NCBI RefSeq assembly: GCF_004010195.1
Contig: NC_057756.1
Coordinates: 1,447,345 to 1,467,344, forward strand
DNA: 20,000 bases
Direction of reading: 5' to 3'
DNA from: Chiloscyllium plagiosum
Taxonomy: Eukaryota
The position numbers and the translations under genes were made by a program. The notes below the pieces were generated by a model that saw nothing but the letters and a program-made list of their open reading frames with translations, was not told the DNA's origin and did no database searches. Below are positions 10,185 to 20,000 of the stretch, piece after piece. Numbering within the stretch: the stretch's first letter is position 1; each line of letters starts with the position of its first letter.

Positions 10185-10700
10185 TTCACAGAAGTGCACA
10201 GCATGGAAACAGATCATTCATTTCATGCAGTCCAGATATCCTAAACAATCTAGTCCCATTGCAGCTATTTGCACCATATCCTTTCCCAATCATATACTCG
10301 TCCAGATGTCTTTCAAGTGTTATGATTGAACCAGTCTCCACGACTTTCTCTGGAAACTTGCTACATACACGCATCAACCTTTGCATGAAAACGTTGACCC
10401 TTCGGTCCTTTTAAAACCTTTCCCGTTCTGAACCTAAATTCATGCCCTCTAGTTTTAGACTCTTCTGGGTAAAAGGCTTTGACTGTTCACCTTATTCACG
10501 TGTTCATGATTTTATACACGTTTATAAGTACATACATAATTAACGATAAGGTCCTGGAAAGAAATGCCTTCTTTATCATTCTGTTTACCTGTAACTCCAG
10601 TCTCAAGGAAATATGAACTTGTGCTAGCCGTTTTCTTTGTTCAGCAACACTCCCTAGGATTTTGCCATTAAGGGAATATGCCCTTTCCTGAATAAACATT
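10185..10700 (-). mobile_element. CR1 3' fragment with internal deletions
   Basis: ORFs 10496-10699 (YSLNGKILGSVAEQR..VH..LINVYKIM) and 10186-10386 (MQR..PEKVVETGSIITLERHLDEYM) are CR1 ORF2 C-terminal motifs. Confidence 0.85.
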
Positions 10701-10702
10701 CT

Positions 10703-11010
10703 AAAAGTAGAGGGAAAAAGCTAAGAATTGCTTCAGGCAATTCAGGAGAGATTTACAAGTTACTCTTAAATGCAAAGCACAATGGAATTTTGAGGTTCTC
10801 CTCCGCAAATAGCGGTCACTGCTTTTTAGTTTATTACATTTAAATCTGAATTAGATATGTTGTTCATTAAACAAGAGTATCAAGTGATACAGGCAGGCAG
10901 GCATATCGAGTTAGGCCACAGCTTAGTCATGATCTTGTTGAATGCAGAGGTGACTTGAGGGGCTGAATTGCCTACTCCTATTCTAAAGTTCCCATGTTCT
11001 TATGCTCCTT
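10703..11010 (+). mobile_element. Old CR1 3' end fragment
   Basis: ...catgatcttgttgaatgcagagg..gacttgaggggctgaattgcctactcctattc..atgttcttatg resembles the 3' UTR of the 15931-18690 CR1 read on its coding strand. Confidence 0.7.
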
Positions 11011-11024
11011 AGTGTCGGAAAAGA

Positions 11025-11164
11025 AGAACAATATTTCTGGCATGTATGCAATTTTCACGCATACCTTCGGTTCAACTTGTCCATGCCAACCAAATTTAAC
11101 AGAGTAAACTAGCCCAATTTGCCTGTGTTATGCATATATCCACCCCAACATTTGCTATTCATGT
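11025..11164 (-). mobile_element. Short CR1 3' UTR fragment
   Basis: ccttcggttcaacttgtccatgccaacc..aactagcccaatttgcctg is the reverse complement of a CR1 3' UTR like those at 1190-1265 and 8710-8790. Confidence 0.65.
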
Positions 11165-11178
11165 TGTTAGTGGTTCAC

Positions 11179-11294
11179 TTTCTGAGATTAGCACAGAGTG
11201 AGATGGAGTCAGCAGTTCTTGGAGGCATGGGTTTCAGAGACAAAACATATTCAGTCATTATTCTTCACAGCATTGAACTTTGAACGTTGCCATT
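11179..11294 (-). pseudogene. Candidate pseudo-exon (possible lectin neck region)
   Basis: Strong acceptor tttgtttatttttgctctgtttgccttgcag; 116 nt read in phase 0 as NGNVQSSML*RIMTEYVLSLKPMPPRTADSISLCANLR(K) with one TGA; weak donor AA|gtgaac. It joins in frame to the exon starting at 257. Confidence 0.3.
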
Positions 11295-11434
11295 CTGCAA
11301 GGCAAACAGAGCAAAAATAAACAAACATCCTGACTGAGAACATTCTGTTCCTGACTGAGAACATTATTATACAGCCAACAAAGTATACTTTGACATAGAC
11401 ACCATAATGTTGTTTGAACAATTCGAGTAAATTT

Positions 11435-11604
11435 CGCCCCAGGTTCATAATAAACAATTTATAATGACCAGATAATTTGTTTAATCGACAATGATGAGGG
11501 GATATATTTCAGCTGGAATGGAAAGTTAAAATGATAACCTTTTTTCTTTTGGAATGATGGCAAGAGATATTTTGCCTACATGGGACTGTTTAACCTCATC
11601 CGAT
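11435..11604 (-). mobile_element. Deu-domain SINE (SacSINE1-like) fragment, old
   Basis: ataatgaccagataat (11461-11476), tgaggggatatatt and gtttaacctcatccga (11588-11603) match, in order, the reverse complement of the Deu-domain SINE consensus as I recall it. Confidence 0.6.
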
Positions 11605-11611
11605 TATGTTG

Positions 11612-11961
11612 AGTTGGCACAGTGGCTCAGTGATTATCACTACTGTCCTTGCAGCATCAGAGAAGTAGCTTTAATTCCAGCCTCGGCGAATGCCCATGTG
11701 CAATTTCCATTGTCCGTCAGTATCGGTCTGTACCGAGTGCCCCAGTTCCATCCCGCAGTCCAAATGTGAGTAGATTACGTGCATCAGCATTCTAGTTTGC
11801 CAATAATGCCTGGAGATGGGCAAGTTACGTACAATGGCCTTGGGGGATGCAGTGGTCTGGGGATAAGGTAAATGTAGCAGATCTGAGAGGGATTCTCTTC
11901 GGGCCATGGGGTGGACTCGATGGGCTGAATATCCGTCGTCTACACTATAGGGACTCTTTGA
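11612..11961 (+). mobile_element. HE1-like V-SINE, strongly diverged
   Basis: tggcacagtggctcagtgattatcactactg head; cccgcagtccaaa..tg; tail ggactcgatgggctgaat..tacactatagggactctttga. Confidence 0.8.
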
Positions 11962-13265
11962 CTTTATGCACTGGTGGCATCTTCGAAAATATTACACCGT
12001 TTGTTGAAACCATCCGTCAGGCTTTTGTGCTTAGCTCTCTAAACCAAATTCTGAAAACAATTGGATTGTTCTAAAGACTCCGTGCAGTTGATGCCATAAT
12101 GGTCGTCAAAAATGGAAACTCCCTAACAATATCGTTATCTCCACATATAAAAAGCTGAAATTAAGAATGACATTGTTCTTCTTACTGAAATCCTTGCAGT
12201 CTCTGTTGAGTTTGTCTATTTCTGGAAACGAAAACATTTCTGTATCAACAAGTCGATGTACAAGCACGCTTTTGTATTAAGTATTTTTTTCAAATTTTCC
12301 CATTTATTAAAAGAGTATAATGTTTATGTTCAACTGAGTTTAATCATACCATTCCTCCGTCAACTGTCACGAAAGATCTCAGTATTTCATCATGTATTTA
12401 TTCTATTTCTCATCACGATCATTCACCTTGGACATTGTACGGGAAATGGAGACTGCCGTCTCGTTTTAATCGTGTTAGTCATTATTTAACCGGGTAAGAC
12501 ATTTTCCATCGAATCTGGAACCTTCTACATCTTGCTTCAATCTCGTGCTACATTGTCACATTTCTGGCAAGTTTACTAGAGACTTTCAAGTTTTTAAATT
12601 CGATTATTTAATTCAAATGGATGCATGATTATTGTAACAGCTAGCAACAGTATTACTGAACCCAACAATTTTGAAGTCTATGTCTTCCCAATGATACTCA
12701 AACCAACTTCAAAGGATTGAGTTTTTCCTAAACGCTTCTGCACTAAACGCTTCAGTGCAGAAGCGTTCGATACTTACTTTTTATTTATAGTAGTTACTTA
12801 TTTCTTGTTGCCCATTTATAATCTCTTTTCCAATTTTAAATGCGGGGCATAAATCTATTATGTTTATTATGAAATAATAGTATTATTTTCTCTTGAATGC
12901 GATTTAAAATTAATTACTTTCTTCATATAATTGGAATAATAGATCGAATAAGAATCAACCAGTGGTACCCAACACAAGAAACATAAAAAAACAGGATTAG
13001 ATCAGTTTATCAATATGGTGCAGAATTCTAAGTTAATTTCATTTTTTTGAAGACATCCTTCACTCATCATTAAGGATTCATACCTATCAAGGAGCATTTT
13101 CTACTGTAACATATTCACATGGTGTACAATACCAAAATTCAATTTGCATTTAGTCAAGATGATAGATCACACTATATTAAAACATTAATTCTATTCCATA
13201 GGGTAAGTACTTAATGACATCATGTTGTTGCTGGTGTGAATCGTCTACGGGCACATACTCTTGTT

Positions 13266-13572
13266 GGTGGGTGGCATCATTGCTCAGTAGTAAGCACTGT
13301 TGCTTTGCAGTGTCAGGCACCCAGTTTAATTCCTGCCTTGAGCGACTGTCTGTGTAGTGTCTGCATATTCTCCCCATATTTATGCGGGCTCCCTCCAGGT
13401 GCTTCGGTTTCCTCCCACACGCTAAAGGTGTGTAGGTCAAGTTAAAATGTCCATAGTGTTAGGTGCGTTAGTCATGGGTAAATATAGGGTTCGGGAATTT
13501 GTCCTTATGGGTTACCCTTCAGAGGCAAACATTTGGCGAATTGGCCTGTTCCATACTGTAGGGAATCTGATC
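13266..13572 (+). mobile_element. HE1-like V-SINE, diverged
   Basis: gctcagtagtaagcactgttgc head; gactgtctgtgtagtgtctgcatattctcccc..ggtttcctcccacac V-domain; ggcctgttccatactgtagggaatct tail. Confidence 0.88.
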
Positions 13573-15765
13573 ATTTCAGCGTCATTGAACTCACTGTTTG
13601 TTCTCAATCAATGAAGTTACGTGCCAATGGAAGAAAAGACCAAACAAGGCAATGATTATTTCATGACAGATGAATGCAATACATTTAGGAAACTGTATTT
13701 TGATGTAAATGCTAGTGTTTCATCCAAAAACATTTCAAACGCCCATAACCAAGGAACTATTTTGACGAAGTGCCGTGTTTTCCTTTTTTCTAACAGTGTT
13801 TCACTTTTGTTACTTCTTTGCCTGTCACACATCGACTTTATTCTGTGCCAAGCCATTATGATAGGCATTGCTCACCGGCTTCTTCAGCTCTCTAAACTTT
13901 CCATTTTATTTCTCTCTGTTTTTCTCCTTCTATAGCAATTTTGTGTGAAACTGGATTTTCAATTTTGACTTTTCACTGACTCCCTCGCTCATCCAGAATC
14001 ATCAGAGTTATTTTCAGTCTGTGCCTACATGTCTATCAAGTACACATACAAACTAGACTTTACGTTATAAAACAGATTGCGCATGAAGTTATTATCAAAG
14101 TGAGCTGCACAATCTGAAGAAACTAAGAGAAAATATATGCGAAGTATTAGAGAGACTGAAATCCATCTATCTTTTGAGTTGGAGTGAAAAATAGGGTTAC
14201 GTCGGAAAATAACTCGATTTGAAACAGTACAAAAAAGAAAGAAAAATATTTAACAGATGAAAAAGGTTCCATAAAAAATGAATGGCATTTTCGTTTTACC
14301 TTTATTCAGTTTTTTTTCTGAAAATGAAAGAAAATACTCAATTGTTACATTCAACGTTTTCTCATTATGCTGGCAAGCATTGTATAATAAGGCGTGAGAC
14401 TGTTATACAATGAGCTAAGTATTCGTCTTCCAAAAAGACAACTTCACGCTCGTCTGATAATTCATATAACAATTGAGACTTTAATCCTTGATGTCACTTG
14501 CCTCAAAAAATGTGGAAACGTCTGAACTTATCACTTTTATCAACTGTTAATTTGCTCAAAGTTTAGATGACTGAGACAAAATCAAGAAGAACGATATTAA
14601 AACAAAGATATGAGCTTGCAATATTCAAAAGGGCCGAGTGTACTAAAGCGTACTATGGTAACTTGTTTTGTTACAATATTGTTTCTTCCTCTGAAAACAT
14701 CACAAATCAAGTGATAATTCATATTTATGTAATTTTTTTTTTACACAAGAATGTCACTTACTGAAAACAGTATTCATTCATGAGATCATGCAGAGGCAGA
14801 TGCAGAGGCAAACATTTGCTGCTTTCTAATATTGAAATTATTTATCCCGTTCGGAATCTATCAAAGATGACAGCATTGAACTCCAGACAATGAAGGTGAA
14901 GTTTGTATATAAAATGTTGCTGAAATGATCATTGAATGTTAAATAGTAATCCACCGTTGACCTGCTCATAACATAATTTGGCAGCAATTTAAATGCAATT
15001 ATTCTTTCATTTCCGTGATTGCTTTCAAGTTATCGTTATATAACGTTTGCTACTGAGTTATCAATCAATGCTTTTCACTCATGACATCATGCTTACTGTC
15101 ATGACTTTGTGTTCATACCGCCAGGGATAAAACAGTTTATAAAGTCTGGTTTAAAAAACTAGAAAATAAAAGCGAGAACTAAATACATGGCTGAAGCATA
15201 TTACACAAAACTCCAGAATAATCGCCAAATACAGGTATCTCTTTCCTAACTTGACAATCAGTTGCCCATTCTTAATTTTCTGATCAATACCAAATCTGCC
15301 TATGTTCAACAATACAGATAAGGAAATCGTTAATAACTTTTGTGGTGTAAATTTATATGACAGAAAGCAACCAAGCGTCGTTTATAACTGCCAACTATGA
15401 TGACAGTTACAAATAGCGACCATTAAATGTAAGTATCAGGGCAGACTATCACGTATTTGAATGGGAAATTAAATATAAAGTCTTGGCTTACATACCAAAA
15501 GCGAGAAGATGAGGCAGAAGAGCAAGGCAACTTGGAGATGTCAAACGTGCCCACTGGTAATTTTGGATCACTCAGCATTCATTCAATTAACATTTGGGAT
15601 TGGCAAGAGACCAAGGAGCAGTTTTGAAAATTATTGTGTGGCCGCATTAATGGAGGGAGTTGTGAAGTATTGGGCAGTGGGGGTGGTTGAAATGATTGAA
15701 GCTCATAATATTCATGAAGAATTAGAATGACTTTGAAACAAGAGCCAGATAAGTTAAATGCAATT

Positions 15766-15930
15766 CATAGAAGTATAGAATCCCTATCGTACAGAAGCAA
15801 CCCCTTTGACACATCAATTCCTTAATGACTGTCAGAAGACCATCCTACGGAGACTTTCCTCCCCATCCTATCCCTGCAATCCTGAACTCCTCAAGGCTAA
15901 TCCATCAAACATGTAGATTTCTGGGCACTA
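15766..15930 (-). mobile_element. 3' half of an HE1-like SINE split by the CR1 insertion
   Basis: catagaagtatagaatccctatcgtacagaagc..ccatcctatccctgcaatcc..gctaatccatc..gggcacta is the reverse complement of a SINE 3' half and continues into the piece at 18694. Confidence 0.72.
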
Positions 15931-18690
15931 TAGAGAATAGACAATAGGTGCAGGAGTAGGCCATTCTGCCCTTTGAGCCTGCACCACCATTCAATATGAT
16001 CATGGCTGATCATCCTCAATCAGTATCCCGTTCCTGCCTTATCTCCATAAACCTTGATTCCACTATTCTTGAGGGCTCTATCCAACTCTTTCTCAAATGA
16101 ATCCAGATACTGGGCCTCCACTGCCCTCTGGGGCAGACCATTCCACACAGCCACCACTCTCTGGGTGAAGAAGTTTCTTCTCATATCTGTCCTAAATGGT
16201 CTACCCGTATTTTTAAGCTGTGTCCTTTGGTTTGGCACTCACCCATCAGCGGAAATATGTTTCCTGCCTCCAGAGTGTCCAATCCTTTAATAATCTTACA
16301 TGTCTCATTCAGATCCCCTCTCAGCCTTCTGAACTCAAGGGTATACAAGCCCAGTCCCTCCAGTCTTTCAGCGTAAGGTAGTCCCGCCATTCCAGGAATT
16401 GACCTCGTGAACCTATGCTGCAGTCCCTCAATAGCCAATATGTCTTTCCTCAAATTTGGAGACCAGAGCTGCACACAGTACTCCAGGTGTGGTCGCACCA
16501 GGGCCCTGCACAGCTGCGAAAGAATCTCTTTGCTTCTATATTCAATCCCTTTTGTTATGAAGGCTAGCATAATATTTGCCTTCTTCACTACCTGCAGTAC
16601 CTGCATGCTTACCTTCATTGACTCGTGTACAAGAACACCCAGATCTCTTTGTACTGCCCCTTTACCTAAATTGATTCCTTTTCGGTAGTAATCTGCCTTC
16701 ATGTTCTTGCCACCAAAGTGGATAACCATACATTTATCCACATTAAACTGCATCTGCCATGCATCTGACCACTCACCTAACCTGTCCAGGTCACCCTATA
16801 ATCTCCTAACATCCTCCTCACATTTCACCCTGCCACCCAGCTTAGTATAATCAGCAAATGTGCTAATGTTATTGCTAATACCATCTTCTATATCATGAAC
16901 ATATATTGTAAAAAGCTGCAGTCCTAGCACAGATCCCTGCGGTACCCCATTGGTCACTGCCTGCCATTCCGAAAGGGAGCCGTTTATCACTACTTTTGTT
17001 TCCTATCAGCCAACCAACTTTCAATCCAAGTTAGTACTTTGACCACAATACCATGCGCCCTAATTTTGCTCACTCACCTCCTATGTGGGACTTTATCAAA
17101 AGCTTTCTGAAAGTCCAGGTGCACTACCTCTACTGGATCTCCCTTGTCTATCTTCAGAGTTACATCCTCAAAAAATTCCAGAAGATTAGTCAAGCATGAT
17201 TTCCCCTTCATAAATCCATGCTGACTCTGACCTATCCTGTTACGACTATACAGATGAGTCATAATTTCATCCTTTATAATAGACTGCAGCATCCTTCCCA
17301 CCACTGAGGTCAGACTAACATGTCTATAATTTCCTGCTTTCTCTCTCCCACCTATCTTAAAACATGGTACAACATTAGGTACCCTCCAATCCGCAAGAAC
17401 TGATCCCGAATCTATCGAACTCGGGATAATAATCACCAATGCATCTACGATTTCTCAAGCAAACTCCTTCAGTAACCTGGGATGTAGATCATCAGACCCC
17501 GGGGACTTATCAACCTTCAGACCTAACAGTCTCTCCAACACCAATTCCTGGCAAATATAAATTTCCTTAAGTGCAGATCCTTCAACCATTGTTACCTCAG
17601 GGATGTTGCTTGTGTCTTCCCCAGTAAACACAGATCTGAAGTAACAATTCAATTGTTCTGCAATTTCTTTGTTCCCCGTATGTCAACAGAAATATTGTCA
17701 CTTCCGATTGTACTCTCTCCCTCTCAAATTGCAGATTGAAGCTTATTGTATTATGGTCACTACTTCCCAATGGCTCCTTAACTTCGAATCCCTAATCAAT
17801 TCTGGTTCGTTGAAGAATACCCGATCCAGAATTGCCTTCTCCCTAGTAGGCTCCAGCACCAGCTGTTCTAAGAATCCATCTCGGATGCCCTCCACAAAGT
17901 CTCTTTCTTGAGGTCCAATACCATCCGGATTCTCACAGTCTACTTGCAAGTTGAAATCCCCCATAACAACTGCAGTAACATCTTTGCGACAGGCCAATTT
18001 CATCTCCTGATTCAACTTACATCCAACATCCAGATTACTGTTTGGGGGCCTGTAGATAACTCCCAAGAGGGTCTTTTTTACCTTAGAATTTCTCAGCTCT
18101 ATCCACACTGACTCTACATCCCCTGATTCTAGGTCCCCTGGCACAAGGGACTGAATATCATCCTTTACCAACATGGCCACCCCACCCCCTCTGCCCGTCA
18201 GTCTGTCCTTACGAAAGCACGTGTAGCCCTGAATATTCATTTTCCAGGCCCTGTCCACTTGAAGCCACGTCTCAGTTATCCCCACAATATCGTATCTGCC
18301 AATTTCCAAAAGAACCTCAAGCTCATCCACCTTATTTCTAATGCTTCGTGCATTCATGTATACTGTTTTTAATTTGTTACTGCCCTCACCCTTCCCATCA
18401 ACTCCTATTTCACGCAAACTTACAGCATGATCCCTTTTTGCGTTTTCTGCCTTTCTTGACTTCCCTTGTTCTAACTTTCCCTTCAATTTCCTTCTTAAAT
18501 ATCCAGTTTGTCCCCTCCCCCCTCCCGCTACTTAGTTTAAACGTAGCTGTGTTGCAGTAGCAAACCTGCCTGCCAGAATGCTGGTCCCTAACCTAATAAG
18601 GTGCAACCGTCTCTCTTGTATAATTTATGCTTACCATAAAACATACCCCAGTGATCCAAGAATTTAAATACTTGCTTCCAAGAATTTAAA
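15931..18690 (-). mobile_element. Relatively young 5'-truncated CR1 LINE: ORF1 C-terminus, ORF2 (APE endonuclease and RT) and 3' UTR; frameshifted, with an internal deletion
   Basis: Endonuclease YMNARSIRNK, GITETW, GGGVA, GVIYRPP, MGDFN (ORF 17743-18486); RT GNYRHVSLTS, QHGFMKGKSC, LDFQKAFD, GVPQGSVLG, FADY (decayed FADD), RPHLEYCVQ; ORF2 stop at ~16020; (ctattgt)-type tail at ~15931-15945. Confidence 0.96.
18532..18678 (-). pseudogene. CR1 ORF1 C-terminus (SGNH/GDSL esterase-like domain), one frameshift
   Basis: KQVFKFLDHWGMFYGKHKLYKRDG/(L)HLIRLGTSILAGRFATATQLRLN*; restoring one T gives the DGLH block. The stop at 18532-18534 precedes ORF2. Confidence 0.8.
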
Positions 18691-18693
18691 GCC

Positions 18694-18883
18694 TAGGGCA
18701 ATTTAAAATTACCAATCCACTTAATCTACACATGCTTGGCCTGTGGGAGGAAACCGCCCACTCAGAGGAAACCCGTGCAAAGAAGGGGAGAACGTACAAA
18801 TTCCACGCAGTGGCTGGAGTGGAATTGAAACTGAGGCTTTGGCACTCAGGCGCCAGTGCTGACCACGGAGCCATCATGCCACC
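18694..18883 (-). mobile_element. 5' half (tRNA head and V-domain) of the split HE1-like SINE
   Basis: Minus strand reads ggtggcatgatggctccgtggtcagcactggcgcc..agtttcaattcc..gtggaatttgtacgttctcccc..gggtttcctc..ggtttcctcccacagg. Confidence 0.88.
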
Positions 18884-19767
18884 GAAATTGTTGCTAAATG
18901 TTGTGACAAAGCCTGTCGAAAATCCTTTTTTTACATAATAAGTTGCTGTTTCACACCACCCTCTGGGACATTTATTTATCAAATAGCCACCAAGTTGCAA
19001 AATGCAATTGATAAAATGAGATAAAAATATAATGTCTGCCCAATGAAGGGATTAATAATTTGACTAATTATTAACTCTAGAGGAAACAAATACGCAATGG
19101 TCAAAAGTCCGACACAGATGAAAAGTGAAATGGAAAAGTTTGTTTGAAATGCAACAGAGCCGTGGCTTTGTTCAGCAGCAGCAAATAAGATGAAATGGGA
19201 AAACAGTCAAAGCTGTTGTCGGTGTCTAAATACTGATCTTGATAAAGGTGCACTATCGTTTGCATATACATTTACATTGGCTTCCGTATTGTCTGGTATT
19301 ACCATTATATGCAAACTTCACAAATCATATTTACAGATTTTGCTTTTCTTTTCATTGTCGACTTTGACGCTAGTTAACAACTTGCAATGTATTCACTCCA
19401 TATGTGACATGACAAATTGCTATAATACTTTGATCTCACACCTATTTATCATTACATTGCATATACAGGTGATTGGCTACGTTGAATTTTCTTTTCATTC
19501 TTAAGAGTCAAATCCACCTTTCATTCATCACTCACTCTCAGAATGTTCTTTTTTTGATTCCTCGCTGATCTTTAGATGTAAATATATTTTCATTCATTAA
19601 TTCAATTTTATTTCAATAAAAGAACTGAGGGTGAGTGTGCATGAAAAATAGTAAAAAAATGTAATTCAGACTATGCATAGAGATGTGCAGTCACTTGCAG
19701 GGCAGTCTAAAACTAATTGGTCATATATTGGAACATCATATCCTTTTTCATCCTTCTAAACCCTAAT

Positions 19768-20000
19768 AATTCTTTGAAGATGTGACAACTAGGTTAGACC
19801 AGGGTAACCCAGTGGATGTGGTCTACCTAGACTTCCAAAAGGCCTTTGATAAGGTGCCACACGGGAGGCTGCTGAGCAAGATGAGGGCCCATGGTGTTCG
19901 AGGTGAGCTACTGGTATGGATTGAGGATTGGCTGTCTGACAGAAAGCAGAGAATTGGGATAAAAGGTTCTTTTTCGGAATGGCAGCCGGTGACAAGCGGT
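19768..20000 (+). mobile_element. CR1 RT fragment, 5'-truncated, running off the right edge
   Basis: Uninterrupted frame 19770-20000: FFEDVTTRLDQGNPVDVVYLDFQKAFDKVPHGRLLSKMRAHGVRGELLVWIEDWLSDRKQRIGIKGSFSEWQPVTSG. Confidence 0.95.

Noticed and set aside
12446..12499. Plus-strand ATG GAG ACT GCC GTC TCG ... CCGG|GTAAGA resembling an Ig/TCR leader exon (METAVSFLIVLVII.P)
   Set aside because: It needs a frameshift and a stop repair, and I found no V exon (WYRQ, YYC) or heptamer-nonamer RSS downstream.
13621..13935. 104-aa hydrophobic plus-strand ORF ending in a pyrimidine tract and TAG
   Set aside because: GTG start, no recognisable domain, hydrophobicity explained by T-richness; all three frames after the putative acceptor close quickly.
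14788..14810. ATGCAGAGGCA tandem duplication
   Set aside because: Two 11-bp units only; ordinary slippage with no further structure.
15640..15760. Possible very old CR1 3' remnant
   Set aside because: Similarity is too faint to support by eye.
17743..18486. 247-aa ORF as a host endonuclease gene
   Set aside because: It is the APE domain of CR1 ORF2, frameshifted at its end and embedded in a truncated LINE.
19190..19504. 104-aa ORF with hydrophobic segments
   Set aside because: No recognisable motif or splice support; consistent with a chance ORF in AT-rich DNA.
1..20000. CRISPR arrays, operons or other prokaryotic systems
   Set aside because: No regularly spaced repeat-spacer array or gene-dense coding; the content is vertebrate retroelement DNA.

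Overview
Eukaryotic, AT-rich, repeat-dense DNA with no intact protein-coding gene that I can support. The repeat families (CR1/HER1-type LINEs, HE1-like tRNA-derived V-SINEs, a Deu-domain SINE, a short Penelope-derived palindromic element) point to a cartilaginous fish, probably a shark; this is inferred from recalled repeat consensus, not from a database search. Positions ~290-11160 are almost entirely nested, decayed retroelements. They include two convergent copies of a Gmr1-like Ty3/gypsy LTR element with a SCAN-like gag, interrupted by CR1 fragments, a SINE and a Penelope-type inverted repeat with a 10-bp TSD and a degenerate hammerhead ribozyme core. A younger 5'-truncated CR1 (15931-18690, minus) splits an older SINE, and another CR1 RT fragment runs off the right edge. 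The best candidate for host sequence is a tentative, heavily decayed minus-strand C-type lectin pseudogene, with a CTLD-like exon at 1-257 and a possible neck exon at 11179-11294. Nearly all short ORFs in the track are retroelement fragments or chance ORFs. I found no convincing new biological system.
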